Shown in pieces: positions 59,115-64,000 of a stretch of DNA of 64,000 nt. Below the pieces are notes generated by a model. It saw only the letters and a program-made list of their open reading frames with translations, had not been told where the DNA came from and made no database searches. The stretch is taken from NCBI RefSeq assembly GCF_009914755.1, contig NC_060925.1. The stretch is one strand, 5' to 3'. The position numbers were made by a program, and so were the translations under genes. This DNA comes from the human T2T-CHM13v2.0 reference genome, Homo sapiens. Each line of letters begins with the position of its first letter. Positions within the stretch are counted from its first letter, which is position 1.

Positions 59115-59248
59115 ATTTTATTTTAACTTTTAGAGACAGGGTCTCACTATGTTGCCCATGCTGGCCTCGAACTCCTGGGCTCAAGTGATTCTCCTGCCTC
59201 TATCTCCTGAGTAACTGGGACTACAAGCACATGCCACCATGCCTGGGT
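59115..59248 (-). mobile_element. FLAM (free left Alu monomer)
   Basis: Single monomer gagacagggtctcactatgttgccc..gccaccatgcctgg. Confidence 0.8.
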
Positions 59249-59993
59249 TGGTATCTTTATATTGAGAGCTTCTATTATGAATAAGAACAGCACTCTGTCA
59301 CTAGTGAGAAATTAACAGAGGAAGGCATTCCTCTGTTATACCACAATCGTTTGTGGGGCATGCCATACATAGTTTGCTCCTGATCATAAAGCTACAAAGT
59401 TTGTAAAAAGACTTTACCAGTGTGGGAATTGAGTGAAAATCATATAATTTGCTTTGTTCAAAGTTTGGAAAAAACTTTACCAATGTGGAAATTGAGTGGA
59501 AATGATATAAAGAGGATAGATTTAAACCTAGGTCTATCTGACTGCCGAATCACTACTGTATCCACAAGACCACACTGCTATTGTTTTTTGAACTTCAGCT
59601 GTGAATTCAACACTCAGGTGGACATATTCCATGTATTAAATTTAATTCCAGCAGGGCTTTATATGGTCTCATAGCATCTTCTTTATGCCTTCCTTATAGC
59701 ACATTTACGATATAATTTATAATATAGTTGTTATCCATGTACAGTGCATTTTCCCCTACTCTCTACAATATCGGTTCCTTTAAGGCAGGAAAAAATATTC
59801 ATCTTGATATCCCCTCAGAACCTAAAAAAGTGCCTTATATATGCCAACCATTCAACAAATTATGACTGAATAAATGAACCCATAATGGTCTTGGATAATT
59901 CGGGAGCTGTTTCAGAATCATCATCATAAATACACTCAATATTATAACATTGATAAAATTAGTGAGAAAATAGAAAATATTGGAATAACTAAC

Positions 59994-61025
59994 TGCCTTA
60001 GATTGTTATATTAATTTGTATTACTGCATAACAAAATACCACACAATTAGCTTCTTAAAACCATCTACATTTATTAATCTCCAGTTTCTATGGGCAGGAG
60101 TCCAGGCGTGGCTTAACTAGGTCCTCTGCTCAAATCTCACAAGGCTGGTACAATCTAGGTGTCACCCAGGCTGTGTGCCTTTCTGGAGTTCACATCGTTA
60201 TTGGCAGAATTTAGTTCCTTGCTGTCATAGGGCTGAGGTCCCCAGTTTCTTTCTGGCTATCAACTGAAAGCCAATCTTAGCTCCTAGAGGCCCTGCAGTT
60301 CCTTGCCCTGTGGCCACCTCACACATGACAGTTTACTTCTTTAAGGCCAGTAGAATAATCTGCTAAAACTGAGTCCTATATAATCAAGGGAGTGATTATC
60401 CCATCACGTTTGCTGTCTAATATAACCTAATGAAGGGAGTCACTGGCTCATCATATTAACAGGTCCTCACCAATGCTCGAGAGGAGGGAATTCTATAGGT
60501 GCATATGCCAGCGAATGTTGAAGGCCATCTTAGAATTCTACCCATCACTGTGGGGTTTCCAGAAGCAGATCCTGGGACAAGAATCGATGTGAAAGTTATT
60601 TATTAAGAAGTTTTCCAAGGAAAAACCAGTAAAGGAATGGAGAAGTGGGCAGTAAAGAAAAAAAAAAAAAGAAGCAAGGATGCCAATATCTGGCAAGTTC
60701 TCACAGGAGCTAAATTTAGCTCAATTCTACAGTGAAATTCAACAGTTTGGGTTATGTCTAAGGGTTGCAAAGATGAGGGGTAAGGAAGCTTGAATATTAC
60801 ACTCCTGTCCCTATCAGGTATTGGTATCAGGGCTATCTCCAGAGCATATAAATTCCAACTTCAGGCATCCAGAAACAAACTCACAGCCATAGCCTACACT
60901 CAACTTTCTCACAGAGCAATGCAGATGCTAGCTGTCAGGAATGAAAACTTCTGGGAGTCAAAATAAACAAAAATGATTAAGGGATTTAAGAAAATAATAG
61001 TGGGGCATTGACATTATCCGCTACA
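59994..61025 (-). mobile_element. ERVL LTR (LTR33/LTR16-like), split near its end
   Basis: tgccttagattg | ggggtttccagaagcagatcctgggacaagaat ... atccgctaca. Confidence 0.55.
60006..60547 (-). mobile_element. MLT1E-like LTR nested in an ERVL LTR
   Basis: ctgcataacaaaataccac..tggcagaatttagttccttg..ggccatcttagaattctaccc. Confidence 0.75.
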
Positions 61026-61129
61026 TGAACTTTTTGTAAAAGTGTGTAAATATCACAATGAAAGTTACATCATTTTGTTGTAATATATATATATATATAA
61101 ATGTAATTAATTATTTAATAAATATGCAA

Positions 61130-64000
61130 ACTTCTGGTTTTAGTAACATGGCAGTCTGAGTTAACATGGACTCCCCCACACACATTCACACTATAGCCAT
61201 ATAGAAATGTGAATAAATTAACTGGCAACCAATGAGTGAGGAAAGATCTGGAAAGGAGGAAGCTGAAAGAGATTCTTTAAATCTCTGTATGAAGCCCTGA
61301 GCTATCCTCAACCTGAATATGTGTAAAGTCTATCAGACTCAGACAGCAAAAGCTCTGAGACCCGAACTATAGTATACACCACATATGGAAGAACATGAGC
61401 ACATAAGCTATGAAAACCAGAATAACACAGCAAAGTCTGTGAAAACTGAACTGACATTGGAACCAAGCCCAACTAGACCAGGTCAGAACTTACAATGTAA
61501 ATCCAAGGTTGATTTCTTGCTTTTAAAAAAATAAAGCCCATCTCCAAAAGGATTTAATAGAGCCCAAAACTCATAACACAATATTCAAAATATCTAACAC
61601 ACAATTCAAAATTACTTGACATAAAGAATCACTAAGAAATCTAAACAACTGAAAGGGAAGGGCAATCAATAGACATCAACATTAAGATGATCCAAATGTG
61701 GAATTATCAAACAAAAAAAGTTATGACAGCTAGTATAACCATGCCACAAGAAGTAAGGGCAAATAATCTAGAAACAAATGGAATTACAGTCTCAGCAAAG
61801 AAATAGAAGCTACAGAATAAAAACTTAGAAATATACAATAAAAAAAATTTTAAATTCACCAGAGGGACTTGACTCAATGGCCAATGAAAGAAGAAAGTCA
61901 ATGAACATGAAGACAGATTAGTAGAAATTATTCAGTCTGAACAATGAAAGGGAAAAAATGGTCAAAAAATAAACAGAGCCTCAGAGACTAGTGAGATAAT
62001 ATCAAAGGTCTAACATTTATCACACTGGAGTTATTGAAGGGGAGGAAAAAAAAGGAACAGTGCAGAAAAGTATTTGAATAAATAATGGCTGAAAATTCCC
62101 CAAATTTGGTGAAAGACATAAATTTACAGATCCAAAGAATCTCAGCAACCACAAACCGGATAAATGTAAAGAAAACCACACCTAGATATATCATAGTGAA
62201 ACTCCTAGAAATCAAAGATAAAGTTTTAAAATCTTGAAATTAACAGGGAAAAATTACATTACATATGGGGGAGGAAGAATTTCAATTACTGCAGCTTTCT
62301 TATTGGAAACTATGGAGTCCAGAAGACAGCGGCATAACATTATTTTCAAGTACTGAAAGAAAGAATTGTCAGCCTAATCCTGTATCAAAAATATCCATCA
62401 GAATGAAGGCAAAATAAGGACATTCTCAGATAAGGGAAATATGTCACCAGGAGATGTGCTTTCAAAGAAATGCCAAATAAAGGTTTACAAGGAGAAGGAA
62501 AGCAATAATAGAAGGAAACTTGGAAGGTCACTAACAAGGAAAGAGCAATAGAAATTGTAAATATCCAGGTAAATAAAATTAGAGTATTATTTGCCTCTTA
62601 AGTTTGTTATAATATGCATGATTGCTGAAATCAAAAATTATAATGCTATTTCAAAATAGGTTGATGTGATACATATAACAACTACATCAAAAATGGGGAA
62701 GTATAAACTGTCCTAAGGTCTCTTCACTTTACCTAAAGTGGTAAAATATTAATTCTAAGTAGCTTGTGTAAAGTTTGATATGTATATTGTAAGCCCTAGG
62801 ATAACCACTAGAAGAAAAACTACACTAAGAGATATACTAAAACAAACACTGTAGATAAATGAGAATGGAATTCTAAATGTTCAAGCCAATCAAAAGAAGG
62901 CAAGAAATGAAAAACAAAGGTATGAAAAACAAAATGAATGGACAGAAAACTAATAAAATAGTAGCCTTAAATCCAACCACACAAATAAGTACATTAAATG
63001 TCTGTGGTCTGAACATACCAATTAAATAAGAGAGCGATTATCAGATAAGATTTGAAAAAGAAAAATTCAACTATGAGCTGTCTAAAAGAAATCCATTTCA
63101 CATAATGGTAAAAAAAAAACAAAAATAAAAAAAGGCTAAAAACAACAGAATGAAATAGCATATACTAGGAAAATGCTAATAAAAGAAATGCTGGAGTAGA
63201 TGTATTAATATTGGACAAATTCAGAATAAGGAAAATCACCACTGACAATGAGGGAATTTACATAATTATAAAAGACTCAATTCACTAAGAAGGTGTAACA
63301 ATTTTAAATATCCATGCACCTAACAATACAGCTGTAAAGCACATGAAGCAAAAGCTTAATAAAATGAAAAAGACATACAGAAAAACCCACAATTATAGTT
63401 GGTGACTTCAACATACCTCTATCAGTAATTAATAGAATAAGCAGACAGAAATGCAGCAAAAATATAGGAAGTTTGAATATTATCAACTAACTTGACCTAA
63501 TTGACATCTATAGACTACTCCATCCAACAAAATAGAATACACATTCATTTCAAATGCCTTTGGAATATTCAGTAAATTGGACCACATTCTTAAATTTTAA
63601 AGAATTAAACTTATCCAAACTATCTGCCATGGCCATAATAGAATTAAACTAGAAGACAATTAGAGAAATAAATCATTTCCTCCAGATACTTGGAAATGAA
63701 ATAATGCACAATTAAATAATCCAAGAAAAAGACTCAAGGGAAATTCAAAAATACTTTGAACTGAATGAAAAATAAAAATACAACATATCAAAATTTGTGG
63801 GATATAGTTAAAACAGTGCTTAAAGGGAAATTTACGGTATTAAATGTGTAGATCAGAAAATAAGAAAGGTCTCAAATTAATGCTTTAAGCTTCCATCATA
63901 AGAAACTAGAAATGAAGAGTAAATGAACTCAAAAAAAGGAAAGAAATAACAAAGAGAGAAAGATCAATTACATTGAGAAGAGAATAACAAAAGAGAAAAA
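61130..64000 (+). mobile_element. Old L1M (5'UTR, ORF1, inter-ORF, ORF2 endonuclease remnants), continuing past the window end
   Basis: gaaataatggctgaaaattccccaaatttggtgaaagacataaat; acaattatagttggtgacttcaacatacctct; caaaatttgtgggat. Confidence 0.8.

Overview
Primate (probably human) non-coding genomic DNA, AT-rich and dominated by interspersed repeats: about 20 Alus, old and younger L1 pieces, L2, MIR, ERVL/MaLR LTRs and DNA transposons. I recognise no intact cellular protein-coding gene. The supplied ORFs are Alu, L1, mariner or microsatellite translations, or chance ORFs. Firm landmarks: a near full-length Hsmar1 mariner (4121-5721, interrupted by an Alu), a twin-primed, 5'-inverted L1PA with a 14-bp TSD (21001-23204), and a full-length U3 snoRNA retrocopy with a 3' trailer, poly(A) and TSD (44141-44411). 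The most unusual structure is at 49.8-55.4 kb: a ~530-bp AT-rich near-palindrome (53766-54293) plus two displaced copies of neighbouring unique segments from 55083-55427, which looks like a local hotspot of template switching or templated insertion. I find no supportable evidence for a novel multi-gene system. All repeat subfamily calls are from recalled consensus similarity, and boundaries are approximate unless a TSD or TIR fixes them.
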